64,000 bases of DNA from the human T2T-CHM13v2.0 reference genome, Homo sapiens, in NCBI RefSeq assembly GCF_009914755.1, contig NC_060927.1. One strand, 5' to 3'. Below are positions 1 to 12,395 of the stretch, one piece after another (positions within the stretch are counted from its first letter, which is position 1; every line of letters begins with the position of its first letter). The notes beneath the pieces were generated by a model, which worked only from the letters and a program-made list of their open reading frames with translations, was not told where the DNA came from and made no database searches. Made by a program: the position numbers and the translations under genes.

Positions 1-1129
1 TTCTCATGTCCACTTGCTCTAATTTTCCATGTGGACTTCTCCGTCTATAGACCGTTTGAGGATAACTCACCCTGCAGATCCTCAGGAATAAAGATGAAAT
101 ATTCCAGTACTTTCAAGGAGGCTCAGAATCTGTGTTAATTTGGTCTGAAAAAAAATGTGCCTTGTGCATGTTGGAGTGGGCTAAACTCTGTTTACCCTAA
201 AGCGCATGGTTAATAGAAGGAACTGAGTTCAAGGAGCTGAAAATGTAGACATTGCCATGAAATTTACTTATACACCTACAAAGTAAGAATGAACAGGGTG
301 CTGTATGGTCTACAAGCCACAGTCATGTCTTTCATCAAACATGATTGAATGTCCCTTTTTGAGAAAACTGCTTTGCTCAGAACATCATATTTCTAGCCCC
401 CGGAGAAAGCCTTTGTGGTACCAAACCGGACTGTCCTCCTTTCAGTGCTCTGCGCACCCCCTGCACTGTCCCCGGCATCCCTTGCCCCAGGGCCAGGCTC
501 TTCTCCAGGAGTGAGGCTGGCATGCTAGGTTGTGCCACTGTTATTCACCCTGAAATGTATGATTAGTTAATATTCATGAGGCCTTCTACCCAGTGGAGTT
601 TGTTGGGGCATATGGAAACCACAGTCTCTGTTCTCAGCAAGTTTGCACCAAAGCGTCTGAGTCTATTTACTCACAATTTGCCGATGTTTTGACATTTCCT
701 TGCTGATTTGCCTCATGAATGAGTGCCTGGTGATACTTTCCTGATCGGAAGTAATACCCCAATGAGCCAAAGATTGGCTTCTCCTGTTGCCATGGGGCAT
801 CCTGTCTCATTTTCTCACAGAATAAATGTTGCACTTGAGGGAAAATAAAAAAAGGTGGCAGCCCTAAATGTCTCCGGTTTCTGTGTCTTATGCATAGTCT
901 CTGTAGCTAAAAAAAGTAAGTAGATTTGTCACCCAGCTCTATAGCACTTACATGTGGATGATAGCATTTTTTTCACCTTAATCTTGTGAGATTAGGGATA
1001 AAGACATAATTCTTTTTTTTTTTAGTTTGAAATTAAAACATATTTTCTGTCACTACTATACAAAAAGTGTAAAAAATATAAAACCTAAAAACCAAAACTA
1101 CTCTTCCTATTTCAGTCTCCAACCCTATT

Positions 1130-1915
1130 TACTTAATTTTTCTCTTTGGAACTGATTATGGCTTATTTGGTATGCACACTCCTAGATATTTCTCAATGCT
1201 CTCATATGTACACTTATACATGTGTGCATGTTTCTAAGCATAGACATACACAGTGTAAAGAAACATATGAACACATCTATTCACATATATATGTGGTTCT
1301 TTTTGCACAAATATATTAAATATAAGATACCACTGATTGTACAATGTGACATTATTTTATGTACAGCATCAAGACTATTGCCTGGCCAATAAAAATTGTA
1401 AGACAATAGCAATTATAGAACTCATAATAATGTGAAAATGTGCAAAATAAACATCTTGAAATCGATGAAATATGGCAGCTTTTTTTTTTAATTGTTGTTG
1501 GTTTCTTTTCTTTTTTTTTTTTTTGAGATAGGGTCTCTGTCTGTCATCCAGGCTGGAGTGCAGTGACATAATCACAGCTCACTGCAGCCTAGAACTCCTG
1601 GGCTCAAGTGATCCTCTAGTAGCTGGGACTACAGGTGTGTGCCACCATGCCATCTTTTGTTTTTGTTTAATGGAACAGCACAGATATATTTTCACTTCAG
1701 GGCAAATAGTTCCACCTGTTTTTAAACTACTGGCTATTATAGTCAGTTGTCTCATAATTTATTTAGCTATTCTCATATTGTTGAACATTTAGTTTGCTTC
1801 CAGATTTACTATTAAAGAAGCATTGAATGCACATATGTCAGTATAACCCTTTGCATACATATGTGAAAATTATAGAAAACATATTCTTAAAAGCATACCT
1901 AAGGGTTAAAGACCA
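1130..1915 (-). mobile_element. Old L1M(E)-type LINE 3' fragment, interrupted by an Alu monomer and THE1
   Basis: Degenerate antisense L1 3' motifs (e.g. gttgaacatttagtttgcttccagatttactatt); boundaries approximate. Confidence 0.5.
1502..1651 (-). mobile_element. Alu right-arm monomer (FRAM or 5'-truncated AluJ)
   Basis: polyT then gagatagggtct...ggctggagtgcagtg...ctcactgcagcc...gccaccatgcc; short internal deletion. Confidence 0.9.
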
Positions 1916-1919
1916 TAAG

Positions 1920-2280
1920 TGATATGGTTTGGCTGTGTCCCCACCTGAATCTCATCTTGAATTGCAGCTCCCACAATTCCCATGTGCTGTAGGAGGGACC
2001 CAGTGGGAGGTAATTGAATCATGGGGGTGGGTCTTTCTCATGCTGTTCTCACGATAGTGAATAAGGCTCACAAGATCTGAAGGTTATATAAAGAGAAGTT
2101 CCCTACACCACTTCTGTCTTTGCCTGCTGCCATCCACGTGATATGTGACTTGCTGCTCCTTGCCTTCTGCCGTAATTGTGAGGCCTCCTCAGCCACACAG
2201 AAATGTGAGTCCATTAAAACCTCTTTATCTTCTCAGTCTTGGGTATGTCTTTATTAGCAGTGATAAAACGGACTAATACA
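1920..2280 (+). mobile_element. THE1 5' LTR
   Basis: tgatatggtttggctgtgtcccc...aaacggactaataca. Confidence 0.97.
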
Positions 2281-3853
2281 ATAAATTGGTATTGGTAGAG
2301 TGGGGCACTGTTGTAGATACCCGAAAATGTGGAAGCAACTTTGGAACTGGGTAGCAGGCAGGGGTTGGAACAGTTTGGAGGCCTCAGAAGAAGACAGGAA
2401 AATGTGGGAAATTTTGGAACTTCCTAGAGACTTGTTTGGCTTTGACTAAAATGCTGGTAATGATATGGACAATGAAATCCAGGCTGAGGTGGTCTCAGAT
2501 GGAGATAAGGAACTTGTTGGGAACTAGAGTAAAGGTGATGCTTGCTATGTTTTAGAGACTGGTAGCATTTTGCCCCTGCCCTAGAGATTTGTGGAACTTT
2601 GAACTTGAGGGAGATAATTTAGGGTATTTGGCAGCAGAAATTCCTGAGCAGCAAAGCATTCAAGAGGTGACTTGGGTGCTGTTTAGAGCATTTAGTTTTA
2701 AAAGGGAAACAGTATAAAAGTTTGGAAAACTTGCAGCCTGACGATGTGGTAGAAAAGAAAAATCCCATTTTCCGAGGAGAAATTCAAGCTGGCTGCAGAA
2801 ATTTGCATAAGTAATGAGGGGCCAAATGTTAATCAACAAGACAATGGGGAAAATGTCTCTAGGGCATGCCAGAGACCTTTAAGGCAGCCCCCTCCCATCA
2901 CAGGTCCAGAGGCCTAGGAGGAAACAAATGGGTTTGTAGGCTGGGCTCAGGGCCCCCCTGCTGTGTGCAGCCTAGGGACTTGGTGCCCTGTGTCCCAGCT
3001 GCTCCAGCCATGGCTAAAAGGGGCCAAGGTACAGCTTGGGCTGTGGCTTCAGGGGGTGCAAGCCCCAAGCCATGGCAGCTTCACTGTGGTGTTGAGCCTG
3101 CCAGTGCACAGAAGTGAAGAATTGAGGTTTGGGAACCTCTGCCTTGATTTCAGAGGACGTATGGAAATGCCTGGATGTTCTGGAAGAAGTTTGCTACAGG
3201 GGCAGTATCCTCATGGAAAACCTCTATTAGGGCAGTATGGAAGGGAAATGTGGGGTAGGAGCCCCAACACAGGTCCCCACCGGGGTGCTGCCTAGTGGAG
3301 TTGTGAGAAGAGGGCCACCATCCATCCTCCAGACCCCAGAATGGTAGATCCACCAACAGCTTGCCCTGTCTGCCTGGAAAAGCTGCAGACAATGAACACC
3401 AATTTGTAAAAGCAGCCAGGAGGGAGGCTGAACTCTGCAAAGCCACAGGGGCAGAGCTGCCCAAAGCCATGGGAATCCACCTCTTGCATCAGTGTGACCT
3501 GGATGTGAAACAGGGAGTCAAAGGAGATCATTTTGGAGCTTTAAGATTTGACTGCCCTGCTGGATTTTGGACTTGCATGGAGCCTGTAACCCCTTTGTTT
3601 TGGCCAATGTTTCCCATTTGGAATGGCTGTATTTACCCAATGTCTGTACCCCCATTGTATCTAGGAAGTAACTAACTTGCTTTTGATTTTACAGGCTTAT
3701 AGGCATAAGAGACTTGCCTTGTCTCAGATGAAACTTTGGACTGTGGACTTTTGAGTTAATGCTGATATTAGGTAAGAGTGTGGGGAGTGTTGGGAAGGCA
3801 TGCTTGGTTTTGAAATATGAGGACATGAGATTTGTGAGGGGCCAGGGGTGGAA

Positions 3854-4217
3854 TGATATGGTTTGGCTGTGTCCCCACCCAAATCTCATCTTGAATTGTA
3901 GTTCCCACAATTTCTATGTGTTGTGGAGGAGACCCAGTGGGAGGTAATCAAATCGTGGGGATAGGTCTTTCCCATGCTGTTCTCATGACAGTGAATAAGC
4001 CTCACGAGATCTGATGGTTTTGTAAAGAGGAGTTCCACTGCACAAGTTCTCTCTCTTTGCCTGCCACCATCCACATAAGATGTGACTTGCTCCTCCTTGC
4101 CTTCCGCCATGATTGTGAGGCCTCCCCAACCACATGGAACTGTGAGTCTATTAAAAGCTCTTTATCTTCCCAGTCTTAGGAAAGTCTTTATCAGCAGTGT
4201 GAAAACGGACTAATACA
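3854..4217 (+). mobile_element. THE1 3' LTR
   Basis: Direct repeat of 1920-2280 with the same termini. Confidence 0.97.
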
Positions 4218-4247
4218 ATCAGCCAGTAAAATTTTGATAGGTGCTGA

Positions 4248-4542
<295 letters not shown>

Positions 4543-4554
4543 GGATCCCATGTT

Positions 4555-4685
4555 TTTAATCCCCATATTCTGGGTGAGAATACTGTGGTTTTGTGGACTC
4601 AACTGACTTGCTCTGGCTCCCATGGTTAATAAGAGGAAGAGCGAGTTGGCAACGCTTTCTCACTCTAGGGCAGTACTCTCAACCC
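4555..4685 (-). mobile_element. MIR fragment
   Basis: atccccatattctgggtgagaatactgtgg resembles the antisense MIR core. Confidence 0.55.
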
Positions 4686-5282
4686 CGCACTGTCTCCTCT
4701 TGGTTCTTTCTGCTATAGATTTATCTTTGATGAAACACAAAATGATCAGTGAGTTTAATAATCAGATATTTCAGTCTTTGGAGACAGGCATTTATTTTTT
4801 TTCAAGGCTTTGAGCCGGATGTTTATGGAAACAGCCCTGCACTTTGTGGGTATTTAATGACCTGTGATGGCAAAGACATCTAAATTATTTGTGCACACAT
4901 CTGACCAATCAGATTCAGGGTTGATTGGTTTGGGTTTGGTTCAATAGAAACTATTTCTACTGAGTTGGGAAAGGAAAGGAAGGCCTGGGGACTTCTTGGT
5001 TCTCTGGTATAGTGTGATTACCTGTAAGTTGTACTAAATTGGACTGTTCAGATTTGGTGGTCTGTTCTAATTTTGTAGACTTTGAATGAATCCTCCTCAG
5101 CTTTTCCTATTCTCTTCTTCACCAGTGAGGAACAATAACCAGTGCAGACCTGAATAATCACATGAAACCCAGCAAATTTTGCCATCACATACCTGATATT
5201 TTGAATGGAAATACGTAACAGTTTATTTAAAAAGTCATATAACGATTCTAATTGACAGACAGCACTATCCAAGTCTCCTTGA

Positions 5283-5440
5283 ACAGTGCTTGCCTGATAT
5301 TTTTGGGAATATAAATCCCTGGGTCTCTTATAAAAAGGTAGGTTTAAATTTAACTGGTCAGGGATGGGGCTGAGAGGCTGCATTTCCACCCCAGGTGATG
5401 CTGATGCTGTTGGCTCCCAGACACCACTTTGGGTAACAAG
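5283..5440. mobile_element. MER5A-type hAT-Charlie MITE
   Basis: ggggctgagaggctgcatttc...ccaggtgatgctgatgctg...accactttg. Confidence 0.75.
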
Positions 5441-5449
5441 CTCCTACAT

Positions 5450-5673
5450 CAGAGGTCAACGAACTACGGTCAGTGAGCCAAAACCTGCTTTCTGCCAATT
5501 TTATACATGAAAAGTTTTATTGGAACAATAGCCATGTCTATTTGCTTATGTATTGCCTGTGACTGCTTTCCACTGCAATGGCAGAGCCAAATAGTTGTAA
5601 CAAATACCTTATGGCATGCAAAGCCTAAAATATGTACTATCTAGTCCTTTACAGAAAATGTTTGCTGCAGCTG
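5450..5673 (+). mobile_element. MER58A hAT-Charlie MITE
   Basis: cagaggtcaacgaactacgg...aaatgtttgctgcagctg; imperfect 8 bp TSD tcctacat/ccctagat. Confidence 0.88.
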
Positions 5674-5726
5674 CCCTAGATGACTCCTTTGATTTTGAAT
5701 ACTTGCTACTCAAGATAGACTTTCAA

Positions 5727-6155
<429 letters not shown>

Positions 6156-6159
6156 GTTT

Positions 6160-6700
6160 GCTCCCTCAGTATCTGGGCAACTGCATTTTGTAAGTCTCCG
6201 TTTACTCATCCATAAAATGGGGCTTAAAAATACCTAACTCTTAGTGTATGTTAAAAGAAAAACTTAAGACAAATTTAACAGAGTTTAATTCAGCAAAGAA
6301 TGATTCTTGAATCAGAATAGGTTCAAAGCAACTCTGGAGCAGCTGAGCATGGTTAGAGAAGATTTGTGGACAGAAAACAGAAGTGAGGTACAGAAACAGC
6401 CATATGGGTTACAGCTCAGTGGTTTGCCTTATTTGAACTTGCTTTGAATAGTTGGCTGCCTATGAGTGCTTGAAGTACGGCCACTGTGATTGGCTGAGAC
6501 TGGACTACTTGTTCCAAGACTGGGTTGCTGTCTGTTTACACATCCAGTTAGGTTGCAGTTCACTATATACAGAGAAACCTTTGGGCTGTTCTTAAATGTA
6601 AGGAGGCAGCTTTGGGCTAAATTTAGCAGATTCTTGTGAGCAGAGTGCTAGGCACCCAGAAAATATTCAAGAAAAGTTAGATGTTAGTACATTATTCTTG
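6160..6700 (+). mobile_element. MIR split by MER57
   Basis: gtctccgtttactcatccataaaatgggg core before the LTR; continuation after 6628. Confidence 0.55.
6249..6628 (-). mobile_element. MER57-family ERV1 solo LTR
   Basis: Reverse complement starts tgctaaatttagcccaaagctgcctccttaca...gtgaactgcaacctaactggatgtgtaaacagac, matching recalled MER57; TG...CA ends. Confidence 0.82.
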
Positions 6701-7115
6701 TTATTTTCTTACTCTAAAGATTTCTGGACAACGAACAATTTTTTTTTTGTCACTTGTTAGCTTTCTACGTGTTGTGTATGTGTATATTTCCTCCCTGGCT
6801 ATTCAGAAAGAACTAGAGCTGAAAGTGACTTTTCCTTCAACGTTAAAGCTTTAATAATTTAATCAAAGCTTCTGACATTGAAACGTCTCTTTGATTCTGA
6901 AACCAAAGCGGAACAGTGTTCTTGGTTCCCAAAATGAGTCTTTCTGTGTTTCTCTAGTTGTTTAATCTGCAGTCAGGGAGGTGCTAATGGTGATCTGGCC
7001 CCTGGTGGGGAAGGGTGTAGAGGATGGGAGGGGTGGCTATTCTTTCAGCAAGAGGACAGCCTTTGATAGGATTAACGAACAACTCTCTATGGTAACCACA
7101 GACAGCCATTATGCT

Positions 7116-7631
7116 AAACAACTGTGGTAAAATTTTAATTGATTATTTACTCAATTTCAAAGAAAGACAAAGAAATAGAACATTCTGTTTGGATCACTGA
7201 AACTTGCATGTATTTTTATGTCATTTTGTGTCTATATCGATCTTTAATAGTTTATACAGTCGTCATAGTCCGGAATGACATATGCCTTAATTTTGATCCC
7301 TAAGAAGCAGATCTGGAAGCAAAGGTTCAGGTGTACCTAGTTTGTTTGAGAGGTGAAGTAACTAGCAGGGCAGTGGAAAAAACAACTGAGGTAAAATTTT
7401 AATTCATTATTTACTCAAAGACAGAAATAGAACATTCTGTTTGGATCACAGAAGCTTGCATGTATTTTTGTCATTTTGTGTCTATATTGATCTTTAATAG
7501 TTTATACAGTCTTCACAGTCAGGAATGACATATGCGTTAATTTTGATCACTAAGAAGCAGATCTTGAAGCAAAGGTTCAAGTGTACATAGTTTGAGAGGT
7601 GCAGTAACGAGCAGGGCAGTGGAAAAAACAA
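7116..7631. repeat. Tandem duplication, copies 7116-7379 and 7380-7625
   Basis: Direct alignment: 15 substitutions plus 18 nt of indels; aaacaa at all three junctions. Confidence 0.97.
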
Positions 7632-7960
7632 GATAGGGAAGGTAAGGTAGTGAAATTCACGTGTATTATCCTTAGATAGGTAACATCTAGTTACCCCTAG
7701 AGTATTCTTGGTTGTTCCTGCCGTGGGACTGGGGAATGGTGTGGACAACAAACCTCAGAATTATCCCGCTGAGGGTGTGGGAGTTTTTATATACCAACTC
7801 CTATCCCTCATTGGATGGTTAAAGATTCATGGTAGGGTGTGTGTTGGTTTGCTGGCGTTTCTGACTGAAGGGAAGCAGCTATTATCCATTAGAGGAAGCC
7901 AGAGGACACTGAATTGGTAAGGCAAGAGTTATACATACACAGGGCCCTGAGAATGTCTGG
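7533..7960 (-). mobile_element. LTR33-like ERVL LTR; its end is duplicated at 7283-7379
   Basis: agaagcagatcttgaagcaaagg...ataccaactcctatccctcattgg resembles antisense LTR33. Confidence 0.7.
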
Positions 7961-8412
7961 ATTGTTTAGCTGTTTCTACTTCCAGTGCCTGACATTTGTA
8001 CAACAAGGTGCTTATTAAGTGTTGTCATATTCTGGATGAATCTAAACATGCAAATCAATTACAGGGAGGGAGGGCTGCATGTGTGACAGGGTTGCAGTTT
8101 AAGTAAATTTAATCATCAGTGGAGAAATGAATGACAGAATGTTTCATTATATAGAGATTTTGAAGAGAAAGAATAAATTACTCTGATGCTCTAGGTAGAA
8201 GAGGAAGAAGCTGACACCCTAATGAAACAAATAAATTGAAGTTCTAATTCCTCACAGTTCCCCAAGTCAACTATGTATTTTTTCCTAAGTAAAATGTCAT
8301 ACTTGATGTTATATTTGACATTAGAGATGACAGCCAACAGATAATATAGGAGGACGTGGTGCAAAAGTGATCAGGGCTTGTGTATCAAAGACAGGAATTT
8401 TGAATATCTGTG

Positions 8413-9201
8413 TGTCAAGCGTTGAGTTCTCTGGGAAGTATTTGCTGAGATAGAGTTTATCATTCGAGGATTATCTAAGGAGTGCCCTTGGGATCAACAC
8501 TTGTGGAAGGAAGGAAAATGTAGCAGGATTGAACAGATAGAGAAACTGAGCTGCAATATAGGCCTGACAACAGTTCTGGCCAACTCTACAAGGAGCTCAG
8601 AAACTAGAAAGGCAGTACTTAGCTGCCCCAAGTGGGGCTAAGGGGCTAAGATGGCCAGGCATTTTTATTTTATTTTATCTTATTTTTATTTTTTTAGACA
8701 TGGCTTCATTCTGTCACCCAGGCTAGAGTGCAGTGGTGTGATCATGGCTCACTGCAGCTTCGACCTGCTGGGCTCGGGTGGTGACCCTCCCATCTCAGCT
8801 TCCTGAGTAGCTGGGACCATAGACATGCACCACCATGCCCAGCTAGTTTTTTGTATTTTTGCAGAGACAGTGTTTCACCATGTTGCCCAGGCTAGTCTCA
8901 AACTTCTGCAGTCAAGCCATTCACCCGCCTCAGCCTTCCGCAGTGCTGGGGCTACAGGCTTGAGCCACTGTGCCTCTGGTTTAAGACGGCCAGGTATTTA
9001 GTACACCTGGCCATTGGATATAGGTTTCCCCAGGAAGGTCAGGTGATATTCCTATAGCTGAGGCTATCTTGAAGGAGCTAACAGCTGAAGGCCACCTTCT
9101 GACAGCACTCCTAGCAGCTGAGGCTGGTGTGCCCTAGCAGCTCAGGCAATGAGTCCTTCACTGAAGAGGGATCCTGGCAGTGCATTAGTGTTCACGATAC
9201 T
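8413..9201 (-). mobile_element. LTR16-family ERVL LTR split by AluJ
   Basis: gagtgcccttgggatcaacacttgtggaagg...gagtccttcactgaagagggatc. Confidence 0.75.
8662..8979 (-). mobile_element. AluJ
   Basis: Dimer with J-type diagnostics; TSD taagatggccaggcattt / taagacggccaggtattt. Confidence 0.95.
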
Positions 9202-9730
9202 GTATCTTCTCAGCTTTCCCACTCTCGCAATACTTTGCCTCTACCATAGGCTTCTAAGATTCTCTGCCCTGGACCACCAGGCATGCATGATTTAAATTTG
9301 GAAGTGATTCTCATACTTCAGTCATTTAGTTTCATGACTTTTCACTTTTCATTTCTTTTGGAATCTGCTCTACTCTCACCAATATTTGGTGCTGTAGGAT
9401 TCTACTATGGATCTGTTGGAGGCTTGATTTATTATGCATCACAGTAGATCACCTGTGATGAACATGGGGCAGATAGAAACCTAAAATCTGCTACTCTTGC
9501 CATCCAAATCCTGATATTCAGATTTCTACAGTCTTAGTTACATCCTCTTGGACCATGATGAGTTGGCTGAGTGGGTGGTCTGTGTTTAGAAACCACATCT
9601 TCTGTAATACAGATCATAAAATCTCACCACCGTTTTCATTTTCCTGGAGATTGAACTAGCTTGAAGGCTGTGTGAATGAGTAGCTTGAATTCTATGAAAT
9701 CGAGTATACAGCATACAGGAATGGCTATCA

Positions 9731-9736
<6 letters not shown>

Positions 9737-9762
<26 letters not shown>
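9737..9762. repeat. (TG)13 microsatellite
   Basis: Seen directly. Confidence 0.98.
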
Positions 9763-9763
<1 letters not shown>

Positions 9764-10671
9764 TGGGGGTAGGACACTTAGCCTAGGAGAAGAAGTACAA
9801 GGGTCCCAAGAAGAGCTGGAGCTAAAACTTGAGCAGTACCAAGTGGAACAGAGGCTGAGATACATCAACATGGACCAAACTTGAAGAAGGGAAATGTTTA
9901 CAGAGTCTTGCTCCACCACATGGAACCACGGAGAGTTTTATATTCAATAAGGCTTTATCTAGCCCAAGGTCACAAAGATTTACTCTTATATCTTCTCTAA
10001 AAGTCTTACGGTTTTAGCTCCTATATTTAAGTCTATGACCACTTTGAGTTAAGTATTGTGTATGGCATGAGAAGCTGATCCAACTTCACTCTTTTGTGTG
10101 TGTATGTCCAGTTCTCCCAGCACCATTTGTTGAAAAGATAACTCTTCTCTGTCAATGAACTGTATCAGCATTTTTGTCAAAAATTAATGAACTGTAAATG
10201 TAAGGATTTATTTCTAGACTTTCAATTCTATTCCATCTATATGTTTCTCCTATGTCAGTACTATACTATTTTATTACTGTGGCCTTGTACTAAATTTTGA
10301 AATTGAGAATCACGAGTCTTCAACTTTGTTCTTCTTTTTTAAGAATGTCTTTTCTATTAGGGTTCCTTAAATTTTTATGAATTTTAAAGTCAGCTTGTTA
10401 ATTCCACAGAAAAAGACAGCTGAGATTTTTATAGGGATTATGTGGAATTATAGATCAATTTGGAGAATATTGCCATCTTAACCATGTTGTTTCCTGATTC
10501 ATGACCATGAATTTATGTTGTTTTCTTTAATTTCTTTCAACAATGTTTTATAGTTTCAGAGCATATGTTTTTCCCTGCTTGTTAAATTTATTGCTAAGTA
10601 TTTTATTCATTTGGATGCTATTTTAAAATAAGTTGATTTTTTAATTTCATTTTTGATTGTTCATTGCTAGT

Positions 10672-11028
10672 TCTCTTAGTTTAGTATAACAAACTAAGAC
10701 CAGGTGGTTTAAATAAGTCACTTATTTCTCACAGTTCTGGAGGCTGGGAAGTCAGATCAGGGTGCCAACATGGTAGGGTTCTAGTGAGGACCCATTTTCT
10801 GGCTTGCAGACAGCTGCCTTCTTGCTGTAGCCTCACATGACAGAGAAAGAAAGTGAGCACATGCTCTCTGGTCTCTTTTTATAAGGGCACTAATCCTATC
10901 ATGAGGATCCCACCCTCATGGCCTCATCTAAAAATAACTACCTCTCAAAATTCTCACCTCCAAACACATTGGAGGTTAGTGTGTTCACATATGAATTTTG
11001 AGAGGACACAAACACTTAGTCCATAACA
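10672..11028 (-). mobile_element. MLT1A/MLT1A0 solo LTR
   Basis: ttatttctcacagttctggaggctgggaagtc...agtccataaca; perfect 5 bp TSD ctagt. Confidence 0.9.
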
Positions 11029-11672
11029 CTAGTGTATAGGAATACAATTGGTTTTTGTATATTCATCTTGTACACTGCAACCTTGATGAGTTGTTCTTTT
11101 TTGTCTAATCATTTTTTAGTGGAATACTTAGGATTGTCTATACACAAAATCATGCTAATCTGGAAATAGAAATAGTTTTACTTACTCCTTTACAACCTGG
11201 ACGTCTTTTTATTTCATCCTTTTGCCTAATTAGCCTGGCTAGAACCTCCAATACAATGTTGAATAGAAGTAGTGAAAATGGATTTCTTTGTCTTGTTCCT
11301 GATCTTGAGGGACACATTCAACTTCCATCATTAAGTACAATGTTAGCCGTGAGTTTTTCATAGATATACTTTGTCGGGTTGAGGAAGTGTCCTTTCATTC
11401 CTAGATTGTTGCGTATTTTTATTATGAAAGGGGATTGGAGTCATGCTTTTTGTGTATTTATGGAGATAATTATGTTTTTTGTTTTTTTACTGTATTGCTA
11501 TATTACATTGATTTTTGAATGCTAACTCAGTTTTTGCACATTTGGGATAAATCCCACTTGATCATGGTCAATCATTATTTAAAGCAATTTTGGCTAGATT
11601 CAGTTAGCTAATTGTTTGTTAAGGATTTTTGTCTCTATAGGCATAAGAATGTTGGCCTATAATTTTCTTTTC

Positions 11673-11812
11673 CTTTGGGTATTATTCTCAGTACCTGCGT
11701 GACTGCATCAATCATACCCCAAACTTCAGCATCACATAACATACCCCAGGTAACAAACCTGAACCTGGACCCCTGGAATCTAAAGTAAAGATTGAAATTA
11801 TTTTTACAAAAG
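11673..11812 (+). mobile_element. Heavily 5'-truncated L1 3' end (L1PB/L1MA-like)
   Basis: accccaaacttcagcatcac...gtaacaaacctg...aatctaaagtaaag; 12 bp TSD aattttcttttc. Confidence 0.85.
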
Positions 11813-12274
11813 AATTTTCTTTTCTTGTGTAGTCTCTGTCTGGATTTAGTATCAGGGTAGAATTTGCCTCATAGAATGAGTTGCACACTGCTCCATTCTT
11901 TTTATTCTTTGGAATTTTATGGAGAATTGTTATTAATTCTTCTTTAACTATTTAGGAACATTCACCAGTGAAGCCATCTTGGCTTGGGCTTCTTTTCATG
12001 TGAAGGTTTAAAATTAGTAACTCAATCTCTTTGTTATAGGTCTATTTAAAATTTTCATTTCTTTTTGAGTGAGTCAGTTCCACCAGTTTGTGACTTTCCA
12101 GGAATTTGTCCATTTCATCTGTCATGCAATTTATTGGAGGAAAATTTTTTATAGCTCTTCTTTGCAATCCTTCTTATTTCTGTAAGATGCATAGAGATAC
12201 TCCTCTTTCATTCCTGACTTTCATAATTTGTCTTCTCTGTTTCTCTTTTTTTTTTTGGTCAGTTCCCAGGATTT

Positions 12275-12395
12275 AGGTTAGAAAAAGTATGATCTTTGGC
12301 ACTAAGCTGATCTAGGTCAAAGTTATATCTCTTCTACTGTGTAATTGCCTTCTCAAACCTTAGTTTTTAATTTGGAAAATGAAGATAATTCAATT
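12275..12395 (+). mobile_element. MIR fragment
   Basis: ccttagtttttaatttggaaaatgaagataat core. Confidence 0.5.

Larger units (their letters stand above)
1920..4217 (+). mobile_element. Complete THE1 (THE1A/B-like) ERVL-MaLR provirus: LTR-int-LTR
   Basis: Two TG...CA LTRs, ~1.57 kb THE1-int, polypurine tract gaggggccaggggtggaa before 3854, 5 bp TSD ataag (1915-1919) / atcag (4218-4222). Confidence 0.97.
9953..12262 (-). mobile_element. Old L1M ORF2-region fragment with nested MLT1A and L1P insertions
   Basis: Antisense ORF2 motifs: ccagcaccatttgttgaaaag, atacaatgttgaatagaagtagtga, caccagtgaagccatct. Confidence 0.92.

Noticed and set aside
2866-3675. Overlapping ORFs in THE1 internal region
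   Set aside because: Fragments of the decayed MaLR internal sequence, broken across frames
5048-5389. 113 aa minus-strand ORF
   Set aside because: Starts inside MER5A; no recognisable domain
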